Shown here: piece by piece, positions 9,524 through 19,625 of the stretch
Numbering within the stretch: the first letter of the stretch is position 1
How the letters are laid out: each line of letters starts with the position of its first letter
NCBI GenBank assembly: GCA_034660695.1
Contig: JAYEJS010000114.1
Location: 8,144-69,051 of the forward strand
Direction: 5' to 3'
DNA: 60,908 nt
Source of the DNA: Thermoplasmatota archaeon
GTDB lineage: Archaea > Thermoplasmatota > E2 > UBA202 > DSCA01
Translations under genes and position numbers: made by a program
Notes under the pieces: generated by a model
The model's database searches: none
What the model was told of the DNA's origin: nothing
Seen by the model: the letters and a program-made list of their open reading frames with translations, nothing else

Positions 9524-11119
9524 TTATAAATTCTTTGCATGGGCTTGTACAGAAGGAGAAGAAATAGGAAATAAATTGAATATATAAACTTCTATCCTAT
9601 CTGCTGCAACACCTCCTGCATTTCCATAATATACTCCTGCGGTTATTTCGTATTCATACAATCTTGCAACTCTTTCATTCCATTTCCATTCATACGGCGG
9701 GGAATAAACAACTGCTCTTGGCTGAAGTTCATATTTATGTCCTATATGACACAAGTAAAATTCGACTCTATCCACCTTTTCCATAGGATCATTAACTTCC
9801 GCAATTACAGTTATGCTCCCTAAAATTAACGTTCTTTTTGCCGGCATTAACTCCCTATCAAAAAGATAAAGATAATTCTCCTCTGGCCTTACAATGTTTA
9901 TTTTGGGTGGAGAATAATCCGCACATTTTATAACCATTGCATTTGCATCTCTAGGATATTGACCAGTTCCCCCTGCAATAATATAGCTTCCATCTTTTGT
10001 CGGTATAACGGCGTTTGCAACCTCTCTATCTCTTCCTCCAAAACTTTTATTCCATACCTCGTTTCCATTGTTATCTACCTTCAAAAGCCAAGCATCAAAA
10101 AGATTACCAACGTCATATGTTTCGGTAGCTCCTGCTAAGATATATCCATCATCTGTTTTTTTGATACTAGATACATGATCACTATCCCATCCTCCATAAG
10201 TTTTGCTCCATACTTCATTTCCTTGTCTATCAATTTGTATAAGATATGCATCTCCCCATCCGGTAGGAGTAGATATTGTAGTTCCAGCAATTATGTAACC
10301 TTCTTCTACTTCAATTATATGGGCATTCATTTCAAAATCCCACCATCCGTACGTTTTGCTCCATATTTCATTTCCTTGTCTATCCGCCTTAACAAGCCAT
10401 ATATCCCACCCTCCGTAAGTTGTATAGGAATAAGTTATTCCTGAAATTAAATACCCATCCTCTATTTCTATTATGTCATCTCCAAACTCTGTTTTGTTTC
10501 CTCCAAATGTTTTATTCCAAAGCATATTCCCTTCTTTATCAGTCTTTATTATCCAAATGTCATCGTCAGGAAAATTAAATGAGTGCGTGGTTCCAACGAT
10601 AGCATATCCCCTATCCTTTGTTTTAATAACCTTCATTCCAAAATCATCATATTTTCCACCATACGTCCTATTCCATTCTTCATTTCCACTCCTATCTGTC
10701 TTTATAAGCCAGTAGTCTGCTTCTCCTTTCCCGTAGGAATGAGCATATCCGGCCATTACATATCCATCATCCGCTTGTATAACAGAAGATCCAGCATCAT
10801 CTTCTCTTCCTCCAAATGTTTTGCTCCATATTTCATTTCCTTCCTTATCTATTTTGGTTAGCCAAACATCCCCTTTCCAAACTCCGTGAGACATTATAAC
10901 TCCTGCTATTATATATCCTCCATCATCTGTTTGTATGATATCCATTGCTGATTCATCGTGATTGCTGTCCCCTAATTTTTTATTCCACTCTCCATCATTG
11001 CTTTTTCTTTCTTTCACATCATGTAGATCTTGGGACAGGCCAGTTGAAAGTAAAAGAATAACAACTACGGCGATAATTACGGTAACGATAATAACTATTT
11101 TTTTCATCTTTTCACTCAT
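9524..11119 (-). CDS. Membrane-anchored/secreted protein with about 6.5 tandem ~50-aa beta-propeller-like repeats and the shared C-terminal module
   Basis: N-terminal TM helix IVIIVTVIIAVVVILLL. The repeat unit is DGGY.I.G.T.S.....D.WLIK.D..GNE.W.KT.GG. The C-terminal 128 aa (9524-9910) match the module found in four other proteins in this window. Confidence 0.75.
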   Translation of the reverse strand: MSEKMKKIVIIVTVIIAVVVILLLSTGLSQDLHDVKERKSNDGEWNKKLGDSNHDESAMDIIQTDDGGYIIAGVIMSHGVWKGDVWLTKIDKEGNEIWSKTFGGREDDAGSSVIQADDGYVMAGYAHSYGKGEADYWLIKTDRSGNEEWNRTYGGKYDDFGMKVIKTKDRGYAIVGTTHSFNFPDDDIWIIKTDKEGNMLWNKTFGGNKTEFGDDIIEIEDGYLISGITYSYTTYGGWDIWLVKADRQGNEIWSKTYGWWDFEMNAHIIEVEEGYIIAGTTISTPTGWGDAYLIQIDRQGNEVWSKTYGGWDSDHVSSIKKTDDGYILAGATETYDVGNLFDAWLLKVDNNGNEVWNKSFGGRDREVANAVIPTKDGSYIIAGGTGQYPRDANAMVIKCADYSPPKINIVRPEENYLYLFDRELMPAKRTLILGSITVIAEVNDPMEKVDRVEFYLCHIGHKYELQPRAVVYSPPYEWKWNERVARLYEYEITAGVYYGNAGGVAADRIEVYIFNLFPISSPSVQAHAKNL

Positions 11120-11209
11120 CTTATTACTTTTCTTTATTTATTTTTTTCTGCTAGGAACGAGATCAAAATAAAAGAGGGAAAGGAAAGAACGCATAACACT
11201 TGTCACCGA

Positions 11210-11920
11210 TCACCAATTAACATTGTCATAGTAGTTCCAAGTATTATCATAGATATTTTTTGGTGTGACACGTCCACCATCTGAATCAAGCTCTATACCT
11301 CGATCCTTGTAACCTGCCCATACAAGTTCAGCACAATAGTATCCATACGCAGGGTTGTGATTGTTCGGACTCACATCTTTTCCTATCTGTTTATTATTAT
11401 AAACCCAATAGGAGACAATGTCGAATGGTCTTCCTCTATATCCATTATAGTAGTCGTCTTCTTTATCTTCCGCAAAACTGACAGCAAGATCCCTCTGCCA
11501 ATCATACTGAACACTTACCCGACCATAAGCTACATCGGCATAAGTATTGTGTATGTAACTCAAAGTTTCGTATTCTACTCCCCCAACTCCACGATCCCAG
11601 ATTGAGTTGTGGACCTTCCAGAAATAGTAGCCACTACCAGTTGCTCTCGCCCACAAAAACCAAAGTTTTTCTGCTGGTGTCCAATTTTCCCAGTGTGGAT
11701 CTGATTGAATAATCTCCTTTGAATAACTTTGGCCCCTGTAGAAACATGCATGATGCCATTCTGGGATACCTTGTATTGGGTAGTACATTTCACCATAGAT
11801 AACATCTCCTCTTATCTTTATTTCAGTAGCTGCATTTGTTGACGGTATTATCGAAACTGGCAAAACAAATAGCCCTGCTATCAGTAATGCTATTGTTATT
11901 TTTTTCATTTTGTCCTCCAT
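11210..11920 (-). CDS. Secreted permuted papain-like (NlpC/P60-YiiX-like) hydrolase (tentative)
   Basis: Signal peptide MKKITIALLIAGLFVLPVSIIPSTNA. His-rich block WHHACFY lies upstream of a YYCAELVWAGY Cys motif, resembling the FYCSELV motif of permuted C92/YiiX enzymes. Confidence 0.45.
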   Translation of the reverse strand: MEDKMKKITIALLIAGLFVLPVSIIPSTNAATEIKIRGDVIYGEMYYPIQGIPEWHHACFYRGQSYSKEIIQSDPHWENWTPAEKLWFLWARATGSGYYFWKVHNSIWDRGVGGVEYETLSYIHNTYADVAYGRVSVQYDWQRDLAVSFAEDKEDDYYNGYRGRPFDIVSYWVYNNKQIGKDVSPNNHNPAYGYYCAELVWAGYKDRGIELDSDGGRVTPKNIYDNTWNYYDNVNW

Positions 11921-12089
11921 TTTTGACCTGCAGGGTTAGGTTCCTTTTCAGCTTTTGGGCAAATGCCCCCGCCCTGCTCCGTTTTTACAATAATACAATA
12001 CAAACTCTATATTTAAATGTTACTAATAACAATTTTATGATATATATATATATTAAATTAGCTTTTTGTCCCCCTCTTGTTTAATTTTA

Positions 12090-12130
12090 TTGTCTTGTGA
12101 GGACAAAATTGTTGCGTTAGCACAACATTT
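12090..12130 (+). promoter_or_regulatory. Two palindromes overlapping the TATA region of the RHH gene (putative autoregulatory operators)
   Basis: TTGTC-n7-GACAA lies at 12090-12106. An imperfect inverted repeat aattgttgcg/cacaacattt lies at 12107-12130. The TATA-like tttatatat follows at about 12128-12136, roughly 25 nt before the ATG at 12159. Confidence 0.35.
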
Positions 12131-12158
12131 TATATATCAATTCTGTATAATAAAAAAC

Positions 12159-12326
12159 ATGGAAGGATATACAACCGTTTCATTGCCAACAGAATTGCAT
12201 GATCTGGTAAAAGGAATTATAAGGGAAAATCCTGAATTTGGATATAAAAGCGTGGCTGAGGTCTGTAAAGACGGTTTGAGGGAAAAAGTAATGGAAATGA
12301 TGAATAACAAAAGGATGCTGAAGTAA
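12159..12326 (+). CDS. Small ribbon-helix-helix (CopG/Arc-like) DNA-binding protein
   Basis: An internal ATG lies about 25 nt downstream of a TATA box. MEGYTTVSLPTELHDLVKGII fits the beta-strand plus helix-helix pattern of RHH proteins. Confidence 0.5.
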   Translation: MEGYTTVSLPTELHDLVKGIIRENPEFGYKSVAEVCKDGLREKVMEMMNNKRMLK

Positions 12327-12368
12327 AAAAGATGGTGTTTCTGTCCCAAATATGTGACATTACAAGAA

Positions 12369-13034
12369 TTATTTATGCTGCTCTTTCGGATACCACCTGC
12401 ACTCCTTTTTGTTCATCGGACATATATGTTTCGTTTTGCATGGAGGGCCAGCATTTTCGAATATGACAGGGCACACACCTTTAACCATCTTAAGCATTTT
12501 CCATGCGAGCATGCGAATCTCCCACTGGGCGTGCAGACAACATCGCAGTTCAAAAAAATTCAGCAAAGAGCGGGCGTTCATTGACACCATTATTTTTGTG
12601 CACGCCGCATTTGGAAGAATGTAGCGTGCATCCTCCACAGGCACTTTTTCTTTAAGCTCATCATACATATCCCATATTTTCTTTACGGCATCTTTATACT
12701 TCTGCTCCATTCCAGCCGTTTTAATGGAAGGAGGCACAATATATTCCATCTCGTTTTCCACATAACGCTGCGACTGCTGGGAGTAAGATGCGATGCGGTG
12801 CCTCACAAGCTGGTGTGTTAAGGCACGGGAAACCCCCGATATTGCAAACGTAAAGTAGGCATGTTCAATAACGCTCTCATGTCCAATTTTTATTACATGC
12901 CTCAAAATGCTTCTGAGTTCCTTTTCATCACTTTTCTTCAATTCTTCCATACTGCTCGCGGAATGGGTGAGTTTTGCAGCCATGGCGGACAGCATCTCGC
13001 TTTCAGGTGTGCATGCCAGCAGCTCGACTTTCAA
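12369..13034 (-). CDS. thyX: FAD-dependent thymidylate synthase ThyX
   Basis: ThyX signature RHRIASYSQQSQRY (RHRxxSxxxxSxR) in a full-length domain. Confidence 0.9.
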   Translation of the reverse strand: MKVELLACTPESEMLSAMAAKLTHSASSMEELKKSDEKELRSILRHVIKIGHESVIEHAYFTFAISGVSRALTHQLVRHRIASYSQQSQRYVENEMEYIVPPSIKTAGMEQKYKDAVKKIWDMYDELKEKVPVEDARYILPNAACTKIMVSMNARSLLNFFELRCCLHAQWEIRMLAWKMLKMVKGVCPVIFENAGPPCKTKHICPMNKKECRWYPKEQHK

Positions 13035-13036
13035 AG

Positions 13037-13948
13037 TTATTCCCTCTCCCTGATAAGATCGAGCAGCCCAACCGGTTCATCTATTCTGTAAAGTTCTTTT
13101 TTTTCTATTACCGGTATGCCTTCGATATTTTTTTTCGATGAATACTCGATAAAGAAAACAGAATGCTTCTCGACCACTTTAGAAACATTTGATATGATGT
13201 GCGCCCTTTCAATAATTCTTCTATCATTTACGCTTACTAAAAGCAATTCATCCACAAGCTCGGATATTGCATTAAACGGGGACCTTGACGTAGGAAGGAT
13301 TGAGATTCCCATGGATTTTATCATTGACAGCATGTCATCGTTAATATTTCTCTCTATCTCTAGTTCATAATTGCTTATAAATTCCATCAAATCGATGGGC
13401 TTCAAAATCTCTTCTCCAAGAAATGCACCTATTTTTTCTGCCACTTCGATTGTCGCTCTCTCTCCCATCTCATACATCCTTATCGTTCTTCTTGATACAC
13501 CTGCCGCCCATGCAAGCTGCCCGAGGGAGATGCTCTTTTTCTCCCTCAATTCCTTTATTTTACTGCCGTCCATGTTCGCATATAATCCTCCTGGGGCCGC
13601 ACATATGATGGGCATCACCCCCTGAAGGCAGTCATTCAGGGTTTCATATGTCATTATGGGGACTTTATAACGACAATATAACGTTTCATCTTCAAGCGGG
13701 CCGGAACTTGTCCTGTTGCCTATGAGAACCGGAATTCCATCAAGATACTTTGCGAGAAGCAGAAGTTCCTTCGCAACATCCTCACTGAGGGCATCTATGT
13801 TGTTAAGTACCTTCACCATGAGAAGGGTGTTATCCCTTCTTGCAACGAAGTCAAAGCTTGACGGCCGGATAGTGCATATCTCTGATACATAAAATCCAGC
13901 CCGTGCTAACAGGCCCATTGTATTTGCCAGCAATTCTTTTTTCATCAA
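13037..13948 (-). CDS. Conserved archaeal HTH (XRE-type) transcriptional regulator with N- and C-terminal extension domains
   Basis: Central HTH is ISLGQLAWAAGVSRRTIRMYEMGE. The architecture matches the archaeal 'putative HTH-type transcriptional regulatory protein' family. Confidence 0.7.
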   Translation of the reverse strand: MMKKELLANTMGLLARAGFYVSEICTIRPSSFDFVARRDNTLLMVKVLNNIDALSEDVAKELLLLAKYLDGIPVLIGNRTSSGPLEDETLYCRYKVPIMTYETLNDCLQGVMPIICAAPGGLYANMDGSKIKELREKKSISLGQLAWAAGVSRRTIRMYEMGERATIEVAEKIGAFLGEEILKPIDLMEFISNYELEIERNINDDMLSMIKSMGISILPTSRSPFNAISELVDELLLVSVNDRRIIERAHIISNVSKVVEKHSVFFIEYSSKKNIEGIPVIEKKELYRIDEPVGLLDLIRERE

Positions 13949-13980
13949 ACTAAAATACTACTTGCATATATAAAAAATTT

Positions 13981-15297
13981 GTGTGGCTTGGAATAGATGA
14001 TACCGACTCCAGAAAAGGCATGTGCACAACCCATCTGGCAGGAGACATAATAATGGAGATAAACAAACATGGAATGGACATAATAGGCATGCCCCGGCTT
14101 GTAAGGCTGAATCCCAACATTCCATGGAAAACCAGGGGCAACGGGGCGATTGCGATTCAATTTGGAAAGGGCAAGGGAAAAAGAAAGAGAATCGGATATG
14201 TGAATGGGGATAGATATTGTTACGCCAAAAAAATTTCAGATGGGACAGATGAGGATATAAAAGGGATAACAGAAGGAGTGGACAAAATAGTGAGAAAAAG
14301 GGCGATGATTGAAAGCGAACAGACAAACCCCGGTCTTGTGATTTCCGAAAAAAAGCCGCCGTACTGGATATACAAAAAGGCTGTGAAAAGTGTAGTATCC
14401 ATAGATGAAGCAAAAAATATCCTGGAAAAAATGAACGCCTCATATATCCCTTATAAAAACGGGAGAGGAGTCATAGGGGCAACCGCAGCAATAGCATGGC
14501 ACCCATATGACAAAACGTACGAACTCATAACTTACAGAAACGGGGGGAAAAGATGGGTTGATGAATACTCTGTCAAAGAAATGGACGAGAAATTCAAGAT
14601 AACATTCGATAACTATGATTACGAGAACAGCCACATCCAGATAACACCGAATTCACCATGCCCTATCATGTACGGGATAAGAGGCGACAATGAAGATAAA
14701 CTCGTGGGAGCCATGAACACGGTTATATCAGGAGAAATAAAAAGATGGCTGCTGTTCGAGACAAATCAGGGTACGGATGAGCATTTACAGAAAAAAAGGA
14801 TAGGCGATGTAATCCCTTATGAGTCAGCGATTATAACAGGGAAAGTCTGCAGAGAACCCAGAACGATAAAAGGAGGACATGTTATTTTTTCCATCTGCGA
14901 CGGCGATGAGATGGAATGTGCTGCCTACGAGCCCACCAAGAATTTCAGGGAAACAGTGCGTCAACTCCGCATTGGAGACCGGATAACTGTATACGGGGGC
15001 GTAAGAAAGAAACCGATAACCCTCAATGTTGAAAAGATTAAAATCCATGAACTTGCGGAAATCCGTGAAAAAAAAGAAAATCCCATCTGTCAAAAGTGCG
15101 GCAAGCACATGAAATCTATCGGCAAGGGAAAAGGATACCGTTGTACCAAATGCGGCGAGAGGGTGGAAGAAAAAGATGCTATTTTTAAAAAAGCGGAGAG
15201 ATGGATAAAACCAGGATTTTATGAAGTACCCGTTGTTGCAAGAAGGCATCTATCAAAGCCGTTGAAAAGGTTTATATCAATTCCAGATAAATATTAA
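13981..15297 (+). CDS. tiaS: tRNA(Ile2) 2-agmatinylcytidine synthetase TiaS
   Basis: GTG start. N-terminal WLGIDDTDSRKGMCTTHL is a TiaS hallmark. The C-terminal zinc ribbon is CQKCGKHM...YRCTKCG. Confidence 0.85.
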   Translation: MWLGIDDTDSRKGMCTTHLAGDIIMEINKHGMDIIGMPRLVRLNPNIPWKTRGNGAIAIQFGKGKGKRKRIGYVNGDRYCYAKKISDGTDEDIKGITEGVDKIVRKRAMIESEQTNPGLVISEKKPPYWIYKKAVKSVVSIDEAKNILEKMNASYIPYKNGRGVIGATAAIAWHPYDKTYELITYRNGGKRWVDEYSVKEMDEKFKITFDNYDYENSHIQITPNSPCPIMYGIRGDNEDKLVGAMNTVISGEIKRWLLFETNQGTDEHLQKKRIGDVIPYESAIITGKVCREPRTIKGGHVIFSICDGDEMECAAYEPTKNFRETVRQLRIGDRITVYGGVRKKPITLNVEKIKIHELAEIREKKENPICQKCGKHMKSIGKGKGYRCTKCGERVEEKDAIFKKAERWIKPGFYEVPVVARRHLSKPLKRFISIPDKY

Positions 15298-17335
15298 ATA
15301 TCGTGCCTCTTTTTTCTCCGTTTTCCATTCTATCTTCTATCTCTATCCATCCACCGTATTTTTCAACTAATTTTCTTACCAGATACAGCCCCAGGCCGCT
15401 CCCAGGGCTACCCCTTCTTTTTATCCCCGGCTTGAATACTTCTTTTTTTAGATCATCGGGGATGCCCTTACCATCATCCTTTACAGATACCTTACAGAAT
15501 TTTTTACCATTGATTTTTTCTTCGTTGCAACATATAGAAATTTTTTTGCACTGTGCATGTACAATTGCATTTTGTATAATATTTGAAAATATATTATCTA
15601 CTAGGGAGCCTGCCTTTACCACGGCATCACATTCCCCATAATTTATCTCGACGGCAAAACCTTCTGCCTGCTGTAAATTCACTTTTATCGCCCTCGATAA
15701 ACTTTCATCAGCTATCACAGGGAAAATATTGCTCTCCCCTTCCGCCGCACGCAGCTCCCTTATTTTTTTGATAAGGTCGGTACTTGCCACCGCTGCATTT
15801 AATGCATTGGATACCAGACTTTTTTGTTCCGGATTCAAGGATATGCTATCTAAAATCTCAAGATTTCCCTGTACCACCATATTTCTATTGGCAACATCGT
15901 GCCTTAGAAGCGAATTGTAAAACTCCTTTTCCTCCTCAGCCTCCTTCTTTTCAGTGACATCCCTGTATATGCCAAAAATTCCTACCTGGTGGTCATCTAT
16001 AAAGATAGGGGCAGCAATTATGGAAACTGGAACCAGAGAACCATCCTTTCTCTTCCTGAGAGATTCTATCATCACGGTTTCTCCGCCGAGAACTTTTTTT
16101 GTTATGGCCCTTCCTTCTTTTTCTTTTTCGTCAGAAAGAATGAAATCATCTATATTTTTTCCTTTCATTTCATCAAGTTTGTAACCAAATAATTTTACGA
16201 ATGATGGGTTCACATCAATGACACGATGTTTTCCATCCAGTGATACAATCGCCTCCGGGGATCCTTCAAATAATGCCTGAAAATACGTTTTTTGTTCCTT
16301 TAACTCTCTCTCAGTTTTTTTTCGTTCTGTTACATTCCTGAGCGTAACAAAGCCACCGATAATCTTGTCATTCCATACAATGGGCGAGGTGTTTATTTCC
16401 ACATTCAGTGTTCCATCTCCCTGCATCAGTTCAATTTCAAAATTGGTGGTTTTTTCTCCTTTCATTGTCCTGTTGATAACTCTTTTAGTATCACCAGAAA
16501 ATTTTTCGGAAATAAAATTTTGAAATTGTTTGCCTATTATTTTTTTATTTGGCGTATCCACCAAGTCAGAAAAATGAGAGTTTGCATAGTCTATGCTGCC
16601 CGAAGAATCGACGATACATATGCCCTCACTGGCAGTTTCTGATAATATTCGAAAATCTATCTCTGCAGCAGTTTCAACTGGTAACTTGAAACGTAAAATA
16701 GCATAGACTATCAAGCTTATCATGATCAAATCCAGTATTGCACCAACGGGAAATTGAGCGATATGAAGGATCTCTACCATAATTTCATAGCTTATAAAAG
16801 AAAGAAGAGAGTTTGCTGGAATTGCAAAAAGAATATAAAGAATCTGTTGTTTTTTAATTCCCACGCTCGCCCTATAATATTTAAGTAGCATAAATACAGA
16901 AAATAGTGTAAGGGAAAGACCGAAGCAAGAATTTATAGAAAAGAGGAGAGGGCTATACATCGCCTCGAATCCATAACTTTTGTATTCAACGCCTGTGACG
17001 TAATACCCTAAGGGAAGCAAAATAGTTAGTAGACAAGCAGGTGCGTATGCAAGAAGATAGTATCTATCTTTAAAAAATTTGGTGTATTCGACGGTAAAAT
17101 GAAAAATGGCTGCAGGTAAAAATATCAATCCCACCGCTGTCAATTCCGCCCATACGATCCCGCCATCGGTTACATTTGTTAATACAACCCCAATATTCCA
17201 GAGGGAATCCACTAAGCACAGTAATACAAGAGGAAAAATATACCTCTTTCTCGGTTTTTTGAATAAAAGATAAATTGCAATAGAAATGAGGAATAAAGAA
17301 GCAATAAGCGACGGAAGTAAATACAGTTCTTTCAT
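15272..17335 (-). CDS. Sensor histidine kinase (multi-TM N-terminus, PAS domains, HisKA/HATPase_c)
   Basis: About 6-7 N-terminal TM helices. PAS-like blocks are present (SEGICIVDSSGSIDYAN, PEAIVSLDGKHRVIDVNPSF). H-box is LLRHDVANRN. The ATPase G-box is GSPGSGLGLYLV. Confidence 0.85.
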   Translation of the reverse strand: MKELYLLPSLIASLFLISIAIYLLFKKPRKRYIFPLVLLCLVDSLWNIGVVLTNVTDGGIVWAELTAVGLIFLPAAIFHFTVEYTKFFKDRYYLLAYAPACLLTILLPLGYYVTGVEYKSYGFEAMYSPLLFSINSCFGLSLTLFSVFMLLKYYRASVGIKKQQILYILFAIPANSLLSFISYEIMVEILHIAQFPVGAILDLIMISLIVYAILRFKLPVETAAEIDFRILSETASEGICIVDSSGSIDYANSHFSDLVDTPNKKIIGKQFQNFISEKFSGDTKRVINRTMKGEKTTNFEIELMQGDGTLNVEINTSPIVWNDKIIGGFVTLRNVTERKKTERELKEQKTYFQALFEGSPEAIVSLDGKHRVIDVNPSFVKLFGYKLDEMKGKNIDDFILSDEKEKEGRAITKKVLGGETVMIESLRKRKDGSLVPVSIIAAPIFIDDHQVGIFGIYRDVTEKKEAEEEKEFYNSLLRHDVANRNMVVQGNLEILDSISLNPEQKSLVSNALNAAVASTDLIKKIRELRAAEGESNIFPVIADESLSRAIKVNLQQAEGFAVEINYGECDAVVKAGSLVDNIFSNIIQNAIVHAQCKKISICCNEEKINGKKFCKVSVKDDGKGIPDDLKKEVFKPGIKRRGSPGSGLGLYLVRKLVEKYGGWIEIEDRMENGEKRGTIFNIYLELI

Positions 17336-17603
17336 TGTTAATGTTCATAAATAACCCAGGTTCTATAAGAAATTTTATATTTTTTCTTGAAAAAATGGTA
17401 TACAGAGAGAACGAAGTGAAAAAAAATCGATTGTTTTATATATAGGAATTACATTATCAATATGATAGCAAAAGGATAGCAAACTGGGGGGAGGAAAAGA
17501 TTAGCTCTCTACTCCAGGTGGTTGAAATGCCGCCTCTCCCCCCGCCCCTTTTAAAATTTATTTTATGGGGATTGGCTGTTTTATCATATGAAATGCAAAA
17601 AGA

Positions 17604-17694
17604 GGCCCGGGCCGGGATTTTCATCCGCAATGCGATTTTGAACCCGAGACAGGGGATCCACAGTCCCCTATGTTACCGCTACACTACCCAGGCC
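17604..17694 (-). tRNA. tRNA-His (anticodon GUG, genome-encoded G-1:C73) with a 19-nt T-loop intron (59/60)
   Basis: G-1 plus acceptor GCCTGGG/CCCGGGC plus C73. D stem GTGT/ACAT. Anticodon stem GGGGA/TCCCC with loop CTGTGGA. T stem TCGGG/CCCGG is separated by 26 nt. The predicted intron is 17618-17636. Confidence 0.8.
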
Positions 17695-17732
17695 ATAATA
17701 AGGGTAATACATTTCCATATTTTATTATTTCC

Positions 17733-18647
17733 TCATAGATACACAAAATGCTGAAGAAAAACAAACATAATACAGAGAATTATCCATTCCCCATCCACGA
17801 GCAAATCGTATGATAATGAAAATTTTTTTTCTGGGTTACAGAAGCGAAGAATATACCAGTATCCATAAAAAATACAAAATATAAGAATTGGAAGAGCGGG
17901 AACAAACAGATTCAAATATAAAGATATGCCAATCCAGGGTATAAGAAGAGAATTCAAAAAGAAAAGAAGATTTCTTGTCTTTTTAATACCTAAAACAGCA
18001 GGTATTGTTTTTATTTCAAATTTTTTATCACCAGATACATCCCTCACATCAAAGAGGACAGCGTTGATAAACAACTTTATAGAAAGGAAATATACCCAGA
18101 ATAAGATAATATATGGATTTTGGAAGTAAATATAAGCAAGGAGAGATGTCGAAGAAACAAGGCCTATTGTCACTGACAAACTTTTTACAATAAAAATATC
18201 TTTCAATCTTGGGAGATTAGGAGTAATTTTAGTACTGTATGATATTGCTACCAAAAAAGGATTGATTAAGGCAATGACTGCCAGAATTTTTCCCGAAAAA
18301 ATTCCCACAAGTAAAGCAACAGCATAGGCAATAACAGATAAAACGATGAGTGAATTCTCCCTATCGCCTACAAATTTACCCCTCTCAGGACTATTAAACC
18401 TATCTTCCTCTTTATCTGTTACTTTATTTATACTATATAGACTGAAGGTAACAAGGAAGGAAGCAAATAATAAGGGCAAATCCGGGGATATCCCTAAAGA
18501 CGAGAAGGAAAAATATACAACCGAGAAAAGAGCTAAGGCTACAAAGAGAGAACTCGACACAAGGAAGGAAATAACCTTCCTTCCGACTATGATAGCCCTT
18601 TCAAGTTCCCTCTCTAATTTTATGTGCCCTCTTCCTGTAATGTTCAA
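17733..18647 (-). CDS. UbiA-family prenyltransferase (polytopic membrane protein)
   Basis: Asp-rich motifs NKVTDKEEDRFN and FDVRDVSGDKK in a protein with about 8 TM helices. The annotated start overlaps the upstream regulator by 47 nt, so the true start may differ. Confidence 0.75.
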   Translation of the reverse strand: MNITGRGHIKLERELERAIIVGRKVISFLVSSSLFVALALFSVVYFSFSSLGISPDLPLLFASFLVTFSLYSINKVTDKEEDRFNSPERGKFVGDRENSLIVLSVIAYAVALLVGIFSGKILAVIALINPFLVAISYSTKITPNLPRLKDIFIVKSLSVTIGLVSSTSLLAYIYFQNPYIILFWVYFLSIKLFINAVLFDVRDVSGDKKFEIKTIPAVLGIKKTRNLLFFLNSLLIPWIGISLYLNLFVPALPILIFCIFYGYWYILRFCNPEKKFSLSYDLLVDGEWIILCIMFVFLQHFVYL

Positions 18648-19428
18648 ATAGCTCTCTACCCCAATTTATCGCCCCTTTGTTTTTACTTACCAAATCGTTA
18701 CTTGAATCGAAAGTGCCATCTAAATTAAATAAAGCGAATGAGAGAAGGGAATCTGTAACAGTGAATGCAACTTTAATTGGATCTTCGCTTATCCACACTT
18801 GAAAGTTTTCTTTATTAATTAATTCTTGGAAAAGACGATGGTATTTTTTCTTTCCTATCTCAAATATTTCTTCTGTTAATATTAATTTAACATCCACTCC
18901 CCTTGTAACGATCTTCTCTATAATCGGTGGAAAACGCGGATGTAATATAGGAGAAACACCCATGACCTTTTTTGCGTTTCTAACCAGTTGAAAATAGTAA
19001 GTGAAACCTTTTATTACATTCGTTGGTGTGGATTTTATTATTTCTGCTTCCCCCAATTCATCAATTCTGTCCAAAAATTCTTTTGGTATGCCCTGCATGT
19101 CATGTGCCAGCCAAAAATCTTTATTTTTTTCAAGAACAGCCATTGTACTTACCATATCTAATAATTTTGAAGAAATGACATTCCCGATAGACGTGAGATG
19201 ATACCCATCTTCTTTCCCTATCAACAACTTCTCTTTTTCGAGCTCTCTTGCAGCATGAATAACATTTGGTGAACTTACTCCAATTTCATCCCTTAGTTGC
19301 CCTGACGTCTTTGGACCTTCCATCAGACTCATCATCATTTTTGCCCTCAAACCCGAATAGGTTATCAACTTTAAGAGGTGCCCTACCTCTTCATACATGG
19401 AATAGTCTATCCTCCCCATGTATTTCAA
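18601..19428 (-). CDS. Winged-helix (ArsR-like) transcriptional regulator with FilR1/DUF1724-like C-terminal domain
   Basis: The N-terminal wHTH is GPKTSGQLRDEIGVSSPNVIHAARELEKEKLL. The length and C-terminal domain are typical of the DUF1724 family. Confidence 0.55.
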   Translation of the reverse strand: MKYMGRIDYSMYEEVGHLLKLITYSGLRAKMMMSLMEGPKTSGQLRDEIGVSSPNVIHAARELEKEKLLIGKEDGYHLTSIGNVISSKLLDMVSTMAVLEKNKDFWLAHDMQGIPKEFLDRIDELGEAEIIKSTPTNVIKGFTYYFQLVRNAKKVMGVSPILHPRFPPIIEKIVTRGVDVKLILTEEIFEIGKKKYHRLFQELINKENFQVWISEDPIKVAFTVTDSLLSFALFNLDGTFDSSNDLVSKNKGAINWGRELFEHYRKRAHKIREGT

Positions 19429-19625
19429 TATTGTTTCCTAGTATTTATAATGTTCGAAGTTATATTTATTATGAACTGTTAACAAAATTGTCCTGAGAGC
19501 ACAACTACTCCCTAATGAAGTACGGTAAAAACAGAAAATATTTCCGCCATATTGTTCCACTAATTGCCAGACCTATGCCAACACCGCTCTATTCAATTTC
19601 TCCTGCTCTTGCATTAATTAGGTGA

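Noticed and set aside
17486-17543. GC-rich inverted repeat ggggggagg ... cctctcccccc as a candidate ncRNA
   Set aside because: It is an isolated stem with an unstructured 38-nt loop, lying downstream of tRNA-His and upstream of the kinase gene. It is most simply a terminator or insulator hairpin, and no family signature was recognised.
17518-17754. 78-aa + strand ORF
   Set aside because: It overlaps tRNA-His (17604-17694) on the opposite strand and has no coding-like motifs.
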